NCBI GenBank assembly: GCA_946625545.1
Contig: CAMOTC010000001.1
Span: forward strand, 1 to 46,602
Reading direction: 5' to 3'
DNA length: 46,602 nucleotides
Source of the DNA: an uncultured Clostridia bacterium
Lineage (GTDB): Bacteria; Bacillota; Clostridia; Christensenellales; CAG-1252
Shown: positions 38,577-46,602 of the stretch, in pieces
How positions within the stretch are numbered: position 1 is the first letter of the stretch
Layout of the letters: every line of letters starts with the position of its first letter
The notes under the pieces: model-generated
What the model was told of the DNA's origin: nothing
Database searches by the model: none
What the model saw: only the letters and a program-made list of their open reading frames with translations
Position numbers and translations under genes: made by a program

Positions 38577-41195
38577 TTATGCCGCGTAAGGAGTTACGCT
38601 GTTGGTCGTTACGGTAATAGAATTGTCAAAGTAGATCTCATCCAAGTACAGACTGCTCATAAAGTAGGTGTTCGAGGGATCGTTGGGGTTTTTGATATAG
38701 ATCGAGATGGAGGTGATGTCCTTCACGTTCGAATAGGAGAAGGATACCGAATCATCCCCCTTCTTCTTGAAGTTCGAGAAGCCGATCGAATAGGTATTCC
38801 AATCCTCCGAGATCGCGTTCAGCTTATAGATATAGGAGACCCCATTCGCCGAGAGGATGATCTCGATATTCGCCGACTTATTGTCACCCTTCAGGAGGAA
38901 AGTCAAGCCCTTTGCCTTCACGGCACTATCAACTATAATATCCGTGTAATAAGGTGCGACTTGATTTGCCTTATACGTCATCTGTTGCGACCTACCCTGC
39001 TTAGCGGTAACCTCGGAGGAATAGGAAAGCGCGGAATTCGACGCAAAGCTTGACGACTCTACTGCATTCTGTTTGACAGCCCAAAATACAAAGGTATCGT
39101 CGCTGTCAAAGTCGCTGATCATCGCGATATTCGCATTCGTCTCAGACTTTGTGATCTTAGCCGAAATATTTTTCCTCACGTAAGCGCTCGCATTGGTGAA
39201 CTTCAGATTATCCACACAGACGTATCCACCCGTAGCGTACTGATGCTCATAGAAGATCTTATAGGTTGACCTAAATGCGATCGTGATCCCCGTGATGCTT
39301 TCGCAGGAGATATATCTCGATCCGAAGGAATCCTCGGTCAGGTCAAAGCGCGAGAGCGGGATAACGTAGCTCGTCCATTCCTTATCGATGTCCGCAACCT
39401 CGTAGAAGTAGAGTTCGCTCGGGCCGCCATGGAGATAAACGGTCATCGTCGCGTGGCCGCCTACAGGCACGTCCTTCGCATGGATCTCGATGGCGGTATA
39501 GTCTTTGACCGATTCAACCAAATTCACGCGGTATTCCGCATCGGGGAGATCGGTCTTGTAATAGAACTTCGCCGAAGTATTATTCGCACCGAGCGCGGTA
39601 TCGGTATAGAGCGAGATCGCCTCGTCCTTATTTCCCGTCGAAGTCTGCCACTTGTAATAGACCGACAGCCCATTCTCGTAATCTTCAAATCCTTCGATCA
39701 GTCCATTCTTGACCTCTCTTTGATAGAGGTCCTCTACTTTCTCGCTAAGGGCTACCACCGAGAGGTGATCCACGGTGATCGCTCCACCCTGATAGCAATC
39801 GCTGAGTCCGAACTGGAGCTGCTTTATATAATAGAACTGCCTGATACCATCTCCCTTAAATCCTCCTTCCGCAAGGGTAAATGCGGAGAAAGGAACGATC
39901 AGATTGCCGTTAGCGGGGATAGCGGATGCCGCGATCTTAAAGACCCAGATATCGTCGTCCTCCTCGATCACGCGCAGGAGATAATTAAAGTTTTTCGTCG
40001 CGATCCCATCGAGATTTACGTGGAAGGAGAAGGCGTCGCCCGTAGCGAGGATCTTGCCGAGAGGCATCTTGACAAAGCCGTAGCCCTGCTGATCATCAGG
40101 AACGCCGCTGCGCGTCGTAAAGGCATAAGTCAGAGCGTCACCGGACCCGCTCACCGTATTTGTGAAATCAAAATACGCACTGTCATTTGCAAAGGTCGTG
40201 GCATAATCACGGAAATCAAAGTGCTCCACGAAGAGATGACCGTAATCCTGCAGTCTGATCGCTCGGAGGTCGCTGAAATATGCTACGCCGTCGCCGTCTA
40301 CGCGCTCAAAGACGAGCTCCATACTCTTGAGGTACTGGTAGTCGAACTTCTCGTTCATCACCGGAGTACCCTTAGTACGCAGAGTAAAGTCCTCAAGGGG
40401 CATGATGATGGTCTGACGCGCACCGCTCGCGAGCTTGATCTCGCTGTACCAGTACTCATTGTCCTCATCGATGACGCGGAAATATGCCCTTGCGTCATTG
40501 CCCGAATAGTAGAAATTGAAGTAGAACGCGTCCAATCCGTAAAACTCGGTCTCCAAACTGCGCGTCACGACGACCCAACCGTTGGATTCGACGTAATCCT
40601 CGCCGCGCTGGGTATCCTCACTATCAAAGGAGACGCGGAGCGAGTCCGTTTCATTGGATTTCCCCCTAAAGAAGGAGGTATGATCCAGCTTGACCGTCGC
40701 CTTGGAGCCTACCTCGTGGACTTTCCATTCATCGGCGTAACCGAGGGAGACCTTGATCTCCTCGGAAAGGGTCGCCTGATAACGGAAGGTCATATATTCC
40801 CCTGCCACGACCTCGGTGTGGTCACCGTTTACGGCGGTGACGCGCCAATAATAATTGCGATCCTTCTTTAGATCCGCATTGAGGTTATACTTCGTCCCGA
40901 CGATACCCGACTTGATGATATAGTACTCATCCGTTACGTCAAAGTACTCGTCCGATGCGATCTCAAGGGTATAGGTATCGGCATTTTTCGCCTCTTCCCA
41001 CACAAAGGCAGGGATCTCCGTCACGGTCACGCCGTTTGCGGGAGTCACCGCAGAGAATGTATCGATATCCCCCTTCTTCGCCTCGGTGGCGATGGTCACA
41101 TTATTTATAGTAGCGTCGGAGATCGCGCCGTATGTAAGGAGCCCGCCGCAGAAGGCAAGCAAAACTATCAAAGATATCACGATTGCTTTCTTCAT
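38577..41195 (-). CDS. Large N-terminally anchored extracellular protein with one Fn3/Ig-like domain and four tandem CBM-like (CIA30/CBM11-type) beta-sandwich modules
   Basis: 872 aa. It starts with a hydrophobic N-terminus, followed by a ...YYWRVTAVNG domain. It then shows four recurrences of the pattern ...W..Y.IP(L/F)S.F.L ... (V)D.L, each about 170-190 aa apart. Confidence 0.6.
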   Translation of the reverse strand: MKKAIVISLIVLLAFCGGLLTYGAISDATINNVTIATEAKKGDIDTFSAVTPANGVTVTEIPAFVWEEAKNADTYTLEIASDEYFDVTDEYYIIKSGIVGTKYNLNADLKKDRNYYWRVTAVNGDHTEVVAGEYMTFRYQATLSEEIKVSLGYADEWKVHEVGSKATVKLDHTSFFRGKSNETDSLRVSFDSEDTQRGEDYVESNGWVVVTRSLETEFYGLDAFYFNFYYSGNDARAYFRVIDEDNEYWYSEIKLASGARQTIIMPLEDFTLRTKGTPVMNEKFDYQYLKSMELVFERVDGDGVAYFSDLRAIRLQDYGHLFVEHFDFRDYATTFANDSAYFDFTNTVSGSGDALTYAFTTRSGVPDDQQGYGFVKMPLGKILATGDAFSFHVNLDGIATKNFNYLLRVIEEDDDIWVFKIAASAIPANGNLIVPFSAFTLAEGGFKGDGIRQFYYIKQLQFGLSDCYQGGAITVDHLSVVALSEKVEDLYQREVKNGLIEGFEDYENGLSVYYKWQTSTGNKDEAISLYTDTALGANNTSAKFYYKTDLPDAEYRVNLVESVKDYTAIEIHAKDVPVGGHATMTVYLHGGPSELYFYEVADIDKEWTSYVIPLSRFDLTEDSFGSRYISCESITGITIAFRSTYKIFYEHQYATGGYVCVDNLKFTNASAYVRKNISAKITKSETNANIAMISDFDSDDTFVFWAVKQNAVESSSFASNSALSYSSEVTAKQGRSQQMTYKANQVAPYYTDIIVDSAVKAKGLTFLLKGDNKSANIEIILSANGVSYIYKLNAISEDWNTYSIGFSNFKKKGDDSVSFSYSNVKDITSISIYIKNPNDPSNTYFMSSLYLDEIYFDNSITVTTNSVTPYAA

Positions 41196-41198
41196 AGG

Positions 41199-42713
41199 CT
41201 ATATCCTCTCGGTCGAAACGACCATCATTGTATTTGCGGGGATCTCCATCGTCACTTTCTCATTCAGAGTGCCCTCGAGGACGTAGTTAGGCGTGACAAA
41301 GCCGTTCTCGTCCAGTTGGAGAGTCTTTTCGCTATAGAGATAGACGTAGAGCTTCCCATCGGTCTCGATCTTTTCGTCAAGGATCAGATCTTGGGAGATC
41401 TTGGTCTTGGAATTATTGACCACGACGACGCCGCCCTGCGTGCGATCACTATTTACCGTCGCGAGTGCGCGCACGCCCTCGGGCAGGTGCATCGCACCGT
41501 AGATCGTATTACCGGGACGGAGCACATTCGTCAGGAGCACAGAGGAGTGATACCAAGGACGGTACTCCTGCTTGCCGATCTCTGCCGTCGCGAGGGTGGA
41601 GAACATACCCCATTCCTTCGCGTTTGTGCCGTTTTCGGTGTACATAAAGTGCATCGCGTCGTCGAGATCCCAGTAAACGATACCGTTGATACCCGCGTTG
41701 ATGCTCTGTATCGTATAGTCCGCCATACGCAGACCGTAGCCGTAGGTCATGATGAGCTCGTTACAGTCGGTATCCTGCTTTTTACCGGAGAGAAGACCCG
41801 CTTCCCAGATGTACATATGCTTGGAAGTGCCGAGAGCTTGATCGTGATCCTGCACCGCAGAATACAGCTCGAATACCGACTCCTCGTACGCGCCCGAATC
41901 GATCTGACTGTTATTGACGTAGAGGTGCACGCCGTAATTATCGAGGATATCGGAGATCGCGTCCGCGGCCTTAGTGAGATAAGGCTTGGAGGTGATCAGA
42001 GTCGTGGTATCACCGCCGACGATGGAGAGATCAGTCAGTCCGATCGCATCAAATGCAGCTTTGACGTTCTTGACGCCCTGTATCCACTTTTCCGTCGTGT
42101 TGTAGGCATTCTTGGAGGTACCCTTGGAACCGTAGACATTGGGCTCATTGGTATTTACGAACCATTGAATGCAACTATATCCCTTGATCTTGATGAGATA
42201 CTCCATCAGGTCGGCGCACATCTTTGCCCACCGAGGATCTGCGGTCACGTCCCCCTCGATCATACCGAATATATCCTTCTCGGGGTCGGCATTACCGATC
42301 ACGTTCCAGACGCCGAAGGCGACCTTGATACCGTGCGCCTGACAATAGTCCAGAACGTCGGTAGCGTTGACCATCTGCTTATTATTGAAGTTGTAGCTCC
42401 AGGTATCGTCATCGAGATCGGTATTGTCGTAATTGTTAAAATCCGTCACGAACCAGTCGAGATTGGTCATACAGCGGACGAGCGCGGGGTTGAGCTTGTC
42501 CACTGCGGCGAGTACGCGTGACCACGAACCTTTCACCATCTTGTTGGTGTCTTCGTATGTACCCCACTCCACGCCGAGTCCGTCAAAGGATTGGCTGATG
42601 ACGTCTCCCGACCCAAATCGGAGCGAGACGTGCACCTCGTCCTGCTTGCACGCCGCAATGAGGGTGCACAGCAGTACGAGGAGTAGGATAATGGCAATAA
42701 TCTTTGTCTTCAT
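41199..42713 (-). CDS. Lipoprotein, putative clan GH-A (TIM-barrel) glycoside hydrolase; family not assignable by eye
   Basis: Lipobox LIAAC. VNTNEPN is a candidate acid/base NEP motif and YIWEAGL a candidate nucleophile Glu, with spacing consistent with a (beta/alpha)8 fold. Confidence 0.55.
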   Translation of the reverse strand: MKTKIIAIILLLVLLCTLIAACKQDEVHVSLRFGSGDVISQSFDGLGVEWGTYEDTNKMVKGSWSRVLAAVDKLNPALVRCMTNLDWFVTDFNNYDNTDLDDDTWSYNFNNKQMVNATDVLDYCQAHGIKVAFGVWNVIGNADPEKDIFGMIEGDVTADPRWAKMCADLMEYLIKIKGYSCIQWFVNTNEPNVYGSKGTSKNAYNTTEKWIQGVKNVKAAFDAIGLTDLSIVGGDTTTLITSKPYLTKAADAISDILDNYGVHLYVNNSQIDSGAYEESVFELYSAVQDHDQALGTSKHMYIWEAGLLSGKKQDTDCNELIMTYGYGLRMADYTIQSINAGINGIVYWDLDDAMHFMYTENGTNAKEWGMFSTLATAEIGKQEYRPWYHSSVLLTNVLRPGNTIYGAMHLPEGVRALATVNSDRTQGGVVVVNNSKTKISQDLILDEKIETDGKLYVYLYSEKTLQLDENGFVTPNYVLEGTLNEKVTMEIPANTMMVVSTERI

Positions 42714-42714
42714 A

Positions 42715-44292
42715 TTATTTTCTATTCAGATTGATTTCATCAAGCACGTTCTTCCAAGTGGTAGAGGTCATCTCGGCAGTGTATTGAGCCATTGTCTTTT
42801 TGCTAAACGTATAATTCAGCACCATCGTATTTGCCGCATCGAGGAGTTTACCTGCATTGGCAAGTTTTTCCTCCGTCTGCATCCACTTTACCTTCGGATC
42901 CTCAAAAAGCACTTTGAGTTTGCCATTCTCCAAGGCTTGATTCATTTCTTTCTCCCATGCATTCAGGATATCGTATGCCGCCTTCTTGCTCTTGGACTGA
43001 AGAACGAGAGGATCCCTGTCGATGATATCATGACCGAGGGTCACCATATAGCGAAGATACCTCGCACCATTCATAGACTCGACATACTCGCCTTTATTGT
43101 TCTTTTCCCACAGATCGCTACCGAGAAGATTGACCTTATCGCCGTCCATCTCATAGTGGATACCTTCAATTCCGTAAAGTGCGGTCATCGTACCTTCGTC
43201 GGAGAGGAGCCATTCCATGATGTCGAGGATCTTTTCCTGTTTCGCGTCCGAGATATCATAGTTAAAGAATGTCATTGAGAACCAATCTTCCTGCCCTTCA
43301 AGTGCATAGCTGCCGTCCGGACCTTGGACGCGCATGATCGCAGTATAATCATCGAGTTGCTCTGCATTTACACCATTCTTGGTAAATTCGTCACGGATCT
43401 GAAGATAGTTCTGCATAGAGAGGTTTTCATAGAAAATACCCAGTTTCTTAGACGTGTACTGCTTTTTAACGAGGTTCTCCTTGCCTGCCGCTTGAAGCTG
43501 ACCGGAATAATAGATCGAATTGCCCACAAGCCCCTTGGCATAGTCAAGACCCTCTAAATACTCGCTGGTATTGTAATTATTGACGATCTTCCCGTTCTCC
43601 ACCGCGAAGCAGTGCGGCGCAGTTTTGTAGAAATTCAAGACAGAAGGATAGCCCCATTCCGCATCGCCGAGCGCGAATCCCGCAACAGAAGCAAATTTCT
43701 CTTTGAATGCCTTCAACAGTGCATTAAAGTCATCCCATGTGTAAATATCACCTTCTTTATAGACCCCGAGTTCTTTCGCAATATCACGACGATACATATA
43801 GGTAAAGGGAGCAAAGGAGGATTCGCTCGAGCGATCGATATTTCTCGCCACGGGAATACCGTAATACTTGCCATTGTACTTCAAGTACTCAATGTCTCTC
43901 GTAGAGTCGAGCATCTTCTTGAGATAGGGCCATCTGGACATATCGTCGGGAAGCGGCTTGATATTGAGACCATCCGCCCAGTATTTATAGGTCGTATCGA
44001 GGTTATAGCTCGTCACGTTTGCCTGGAAGACGTCAGGAAGCTCTTTGGGATTCATGACATCACTGGTCACCTGAGCCGTCCACTGTTCAAAGCTATAGGT
44101 GGATGTTTCAAAAGTCACACCAAACTTTTCCTGGATGTACTCGGTGATGGGATCTTGACCGTCCCAGTTTTCAAAGTACAGGTTACGGATCGCGATGACG
44201 CCCTCATCTCTGCCGCTGCCGCATCCTGCAAAACCGGCGATGCAGCCGCCGAGAAGCGCGAGCGTGAGTAAAATCACAAATAGTTTTTTCAT
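42715..44292 (-). CDS. Large extracellular solute-binding lipoprotein (LplA-like, family 1) of a carbohydrate ABC importer
   Basis: 525 aa with lipobox FAGC and an AGGAGG SD. It follows the two permease genes. Confidence 0.85.
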   Translation of the reverse strand: MKKLFVILLTLALLGGCIAGFAGCGSGRDEGVIAIRNLYFENWDGQDPITEYIQEKFGVTFETSTYSFEQWTAQVTSDVMNPKELPDVFQANVTSYNLDTTYKYWADGLNIKPLPDDMSRWPYLKKMLDSTRDIEYLKYNGKYYGIPVARNIDRSSESSFAPFTYMYRRDIAKELGVYKEGDIYTWDDFNALLKAFKEKFASVAGFALGDAEWGYPSVLNFYKTAPHCFAVENGKIVNNYNTSEYLEGLDYAKGLVGNSIYYSGQLQAAGKENLVKKQYTSKKLGIFYENLSMQNYLQIRDEFTKNGVNAEQLDDYTAIMRVQGPDGSYALEGQEDWFSMTFFNYDISDAKQEKILDIMEWLLSDEGTMTALYGIEGIHYEMDGDKVNLLGSDLWEKNNKGEYVESMNGARYLRYMVTLGHDIIDRDPLVLQSKSKKAAYDILNAWEKEMNQALENGKLKVLFEDPKVKWMQTEEKLANAGKLLDAANTMVLNYTFSKKTMAQYTAEMTSTTWKNVLDEINLNRK

Positions 44293-44307
44293 AATAACCT
44301 CCTATAA

Positions 44308-45216
44308 TTAACCTTTTATCGCACCCACTACCAAGCCCTTAACAAAGAACTTCTGTAAGAAGGGATAAAAACACATCATCGGCACGATGGTAAAGAAGAC
44401 GCTCGCCATCTTAAATCCTTCGCTGATCGTCTGCGTCTGCGAGACTCTCTCAACGTTGGAGGAGCCCTCGACGATCATCTCCTGCAGAACGAGCTGCAGA
44501 GGCTTGTACTCGGGATTTTTGATAAAGAGCATCGCGTTATACCAGCTATTCCAGTTACCGACCGCAAAGAAGAGTCCGATGGTCGCGAGCATCGGGAGAG
44601 ACATCGGGAGATAGACCTTTACGAAGATCTGCAGGTCGTTCGCTCCGTCGATCTTTGCCGACTCCTCGAGATCAGGCGGCAGAGTCGCGAAATAGTTTCG
44701 CATCAAGAGCATATTGTAGGTATCGATCGCGCCCGGAATGATCATAACGAGGAATGTATCATACAAACCGAGCTTACTGATCAAGTTCATGTACGGGATG
44801 AGTCCACCGCCGAAGAACATCGTGATCAGGATCATATTCATCACAAGATTTTTGCCCAGCCACTTGCCGCGAGAGAGCGCATAACCCGTGATAACGGTAA
44901 AGAATAACTGATACGCCGTCCCCACAAAGAGGAGCACCAAGGTCACCTTGAGACCCGACCACAGCTTGTCACTCGTAAAGACGGTGTGATAGTTGCTCCA
45001 AGTGACTTCCTTCGGGATGATCAGGAAGGGAGTCTCGTTATACACGCTATCGGGAGAGATCGAGACAAGGAGCGCATTGTAGAAAGGATAGATGATAATG
45101 AGTCCGTATATAAATAGGAAAGCAAAGATCACCCAGTCCATCGTAGTGATGCGCTTATCGAAGGTACTGCCCTTCGGGCGCAGTGGTAAATACTGAATAT
45201 CCGCAAACTTTCTCAT
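44308..45216 (-). CDS. Carbohydrate ABC transporter permease (LplC/YtcP-like)
   Basis: 302 aa with 6 TM helices and an EAA-loop-like ESAKIDGANDLQIF. ATGA overlap with the upstream permease gene. Confidence 0.88.
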   Translation of the reverse strand: MRKFADIQYLPLRPKGSTFDKRITTMDWVIFAFLFIYGLIIIYPFYNALLVSISPDSVYNETPFLIIPKEVTWSNYHTVFTSDKLWSGLKVTLVLLFVGTAYQLFFTVITGYALSRGKWLGKNLVMNMILITMFFGGGLIPYMNLISKLGLYDTFLVMIIPGAIDTYNMLLMRNYFATLPPDLEESAKIDGANDLQIFVKVYLPMSLPMLATIGLFFAVGNWNSWYNAMLFIKNPEYKPLQLVLQEMIVEGSSNVERVSQTQTISEGFKMASVFFTIVPMMCFYPFLQKFFVKGLVVGAIKG

Positions 45217-46163
45217 ATAATACCTCTCTCACCGCTCCACTTCGCGATCCTATCTACCAAAATAACAAGGATAAAGGAAACGACCGACTTAAATAGACCG
45301 ATCGCGGCGCCCTCACCCGGTCGCTGTCCTGTGCCTATCGTGTATCTGTATATGTACGTATCAAGTATATCCGCGACCTCATAGACGCCGGGGTTATATA
45401 AGTTAAAGATCTGATCGAAGCCCGCAGACAGGATGCCGCCGACCGAGAGGATCAAAAGGAGGATCGCCGTGGGCTTGATCGCAGGCAGAGTGATATTCCA
45501 TATCTTCTGCAAGCGAGTCGCGCCGTCGATATCCGCCGCTTCGTAGAGTTCGGGGGAGATGCCCGCCATCGTGGCGAGATAGATGATACTGCTCCACCCT
45601 GCTTCCTTCCATACGTCCGTACCGAAGAGCAAGGGGATAAAGAAGCCTTCGTCGTAGATGACCGTCATCGGTTCCTTACCGCTGAGCTGCAATGCCTTAT
45701 TGATGATACCGCTGATACCGAAGATATTAAAGACAAGACCCGCCACGATGACCCACGAAAGGAAGTGCGGGAAGGTGACGATGGTCTGGAAGGTCTTCTT
45801 AAAGAAGGTGAGGCGGATCTCATTGATGAGCAGAGCGATCAAGATCGCCGCGACGAAGCTGATGAGGAGCTTTGACACGCCGATCACGACGGTATTACGC
45901 AGAACCTTCCAGAAATACGCGTCCTTAAAGATCTTTTCAAAGTTTGCAAGACCGTTGCCGCCCGCCCATGCACTGCCGAGGATCCCTTTCTTAGGATAAA
46001 AGTCCTTGAAAGCGATCAAGATGCCGTACATCGGCAGATAGCAGAAAACGACGTAGAAAATGATCGCGGGAATGATCATTAAGATCAAATATTTCGACCG
46101 CTTCGCATTCGCTCCGAAGTCATTCAGGGAACTGTTACTTTTGATTATCAATTTCCTATTCAT
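45213..46163 (-). CDS. Carbohydrate ABC transporter permease (LplB/YteP-like)
   Basis: EAA loop EAADIDGATRLQKIWNITLP. I prefer the start at 46163 (MNRKLI) because a GGAAGGA SD precedes it. The ORF track starts at 46220. Confidence 0.88.
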   Translation of the reverse strand: MNRKLIIKSNSSLNDFGANAKRSKYLILMIIPAIIFYVVFCYLPMYGILIAFKDFYPKKGILGSAWAGGNGLANFEKIFKDAYFWKVLRNTVVIGVSKLLISFVAAILIALLINEIRLTFFKKTFQTIVTFPHFLSWVIVAGLVFNIFGISGIINKALQLSGKEPMTVIYDEGFFIPLLFGTDVWKEAGWSSIIYLATMAGISPELYEAADIDGATRLQKIWNITLPAIKPTAILLLILSVGGILSAGFDQIFNLYNPGVYEVADILDTYIYRYTIGTGQRPGEGAAIGLFKSVVSFILVILVDRIAKWSGERGII

Positions 46164-46240
46164 CTTTTCCTTCCAACCGTTCTGAGGAACGACTTTTTCT
46201 GCGTTTCGACGGGTCGCCACCCGAAAAAAACAAAAGAAAG

Positions 46241-46602
46241 TTATCTTTTGAATTTTACAATATAATCGAGGATCTTGTCAACCGTAGTAAACGCGAGTCC
46301 CACGACGGTATCGGCGGCGCCGTAGTAGATCGCGATGCGCCCCGTAGCGGCGTCCGTGAGGGCGCAGCAAGGGAATGTGACGTTAGGGACAAACCCCGTC
46401 GTCTCATAGTCGGTCTCGGGAGTCAAGAGATAGTTGCCGCAACGATACTTGACCTTACGCGGATCCTCCCTATCGAGGAGAGCGGCGCCGATGCTGTAGA
46501 CGTACCCGTTGCAGGTCTGCGTCGCACCGTGATAAATGAGGAGCCACCCCTCGTCCGTCTCGATGGGGGCGCACCCTGCCCCGATCTTCAAGCCCTGCCA
46601 CC
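46241..46602 (-). CDS. C-terminal part of a second GH130 enzyme (mannosylglucose/mannooligosaccharide phosphorylase-like); the 5' end lies outside the window
   Basis: ...GWLLIYHGA...YSIGAALLD...PNVTFPC...IAIYYGAADTVVGLAFTTVDKILDYI. The frame stays open to the right edge; the M in the ORF track is an internal TTG. Confidence 0.8.
   Translation of the reverse strand, partial: WQGLKIGAGCAPIETDEGWLLIYHGATQTCNGYVYSIGAALLDREDPRKVKYRCGNYLLTPETDYETTGFVPNVTFPCCALTDAATGRIAIYYGAADTVVGLAFTTVDKILDYIVKFKR

Noticed and set aside
46164-46240. A small hairpin CGGGUGGCGACCCG in the 77-nt spacer between GH130 and the first permease gene, considered as an internal terminator.
   Set aside because: The U-run precedes the stem on the transcribed (minus) strand rather than following it, so it does not have terminator geometry. 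At most it is an mRNA-stability element.

Overview
This is a gene-dense 46.6-kb chromosomal segment from a Gram-positive, Bacillota/Clostridia-like bacterium. The taxon call rests on a long Bacillus-type SRP RNA, strong GGAGG-type Shine-Dalgarno (SD) sites, lipoprotein solute-binding proteins and recognisable sigma-70 promoters. I support 45 protein genes (two of them partial, at the window edges), one SRP RNA, one FMN riboswitch, several promoters and intrinsic terminators, and one unclassified RNA candidate. I found no CRISPR array, rRNA, tRNA, transposase, integrase or phage gene.

Positions 1-30,100 are housekeeping. They hold a P-type ATPase, RluA, an rRNA methyltransferase, ileS, a NYN/LOTUS protein, dCMP deaminase, a NitT/TauT-type ABC importer, pgsA-valS, an M14 peptidase and icd-gdhA. 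They also hold tsaE-tsaB-rimI-hydrolase-murF-ddl, FMN riboswitch-ribU, nfnAB and sufCB.

Positions 30,127-46,602 form one tightly packed minus-strand operon that continues past the right edge. It is a Gram-positive glycan-utilisation locus. It contains two GH130 enzymes, two LplB/LplC-type permeases, a large solute-binding lipoprotein, a clan GH-A-like lipoprotein and an 872-aa protein with four CBM-like modules. It also contains two SGNH esterases, three uncharacterised membrane proteins, a MalK/MsmK-type ATPase with a ~276-aa extra C-terminal region, and a phosphohexomutase.

The items that looked least explained by known families are:
- an orphan ~230-nt structured RNA with its own promoter and terminator (143-407);
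- the three-gene membrane module plus the extended ATPase inside the glycan locus;
- a MurF-type ligase whose N-terminal domain is replaced by about 145 hydrophobic residues;
- two apparently leaderless operon starts (tsaE, pgsA).

All functional calls come from motif and family recognition by eye. No database search was run.
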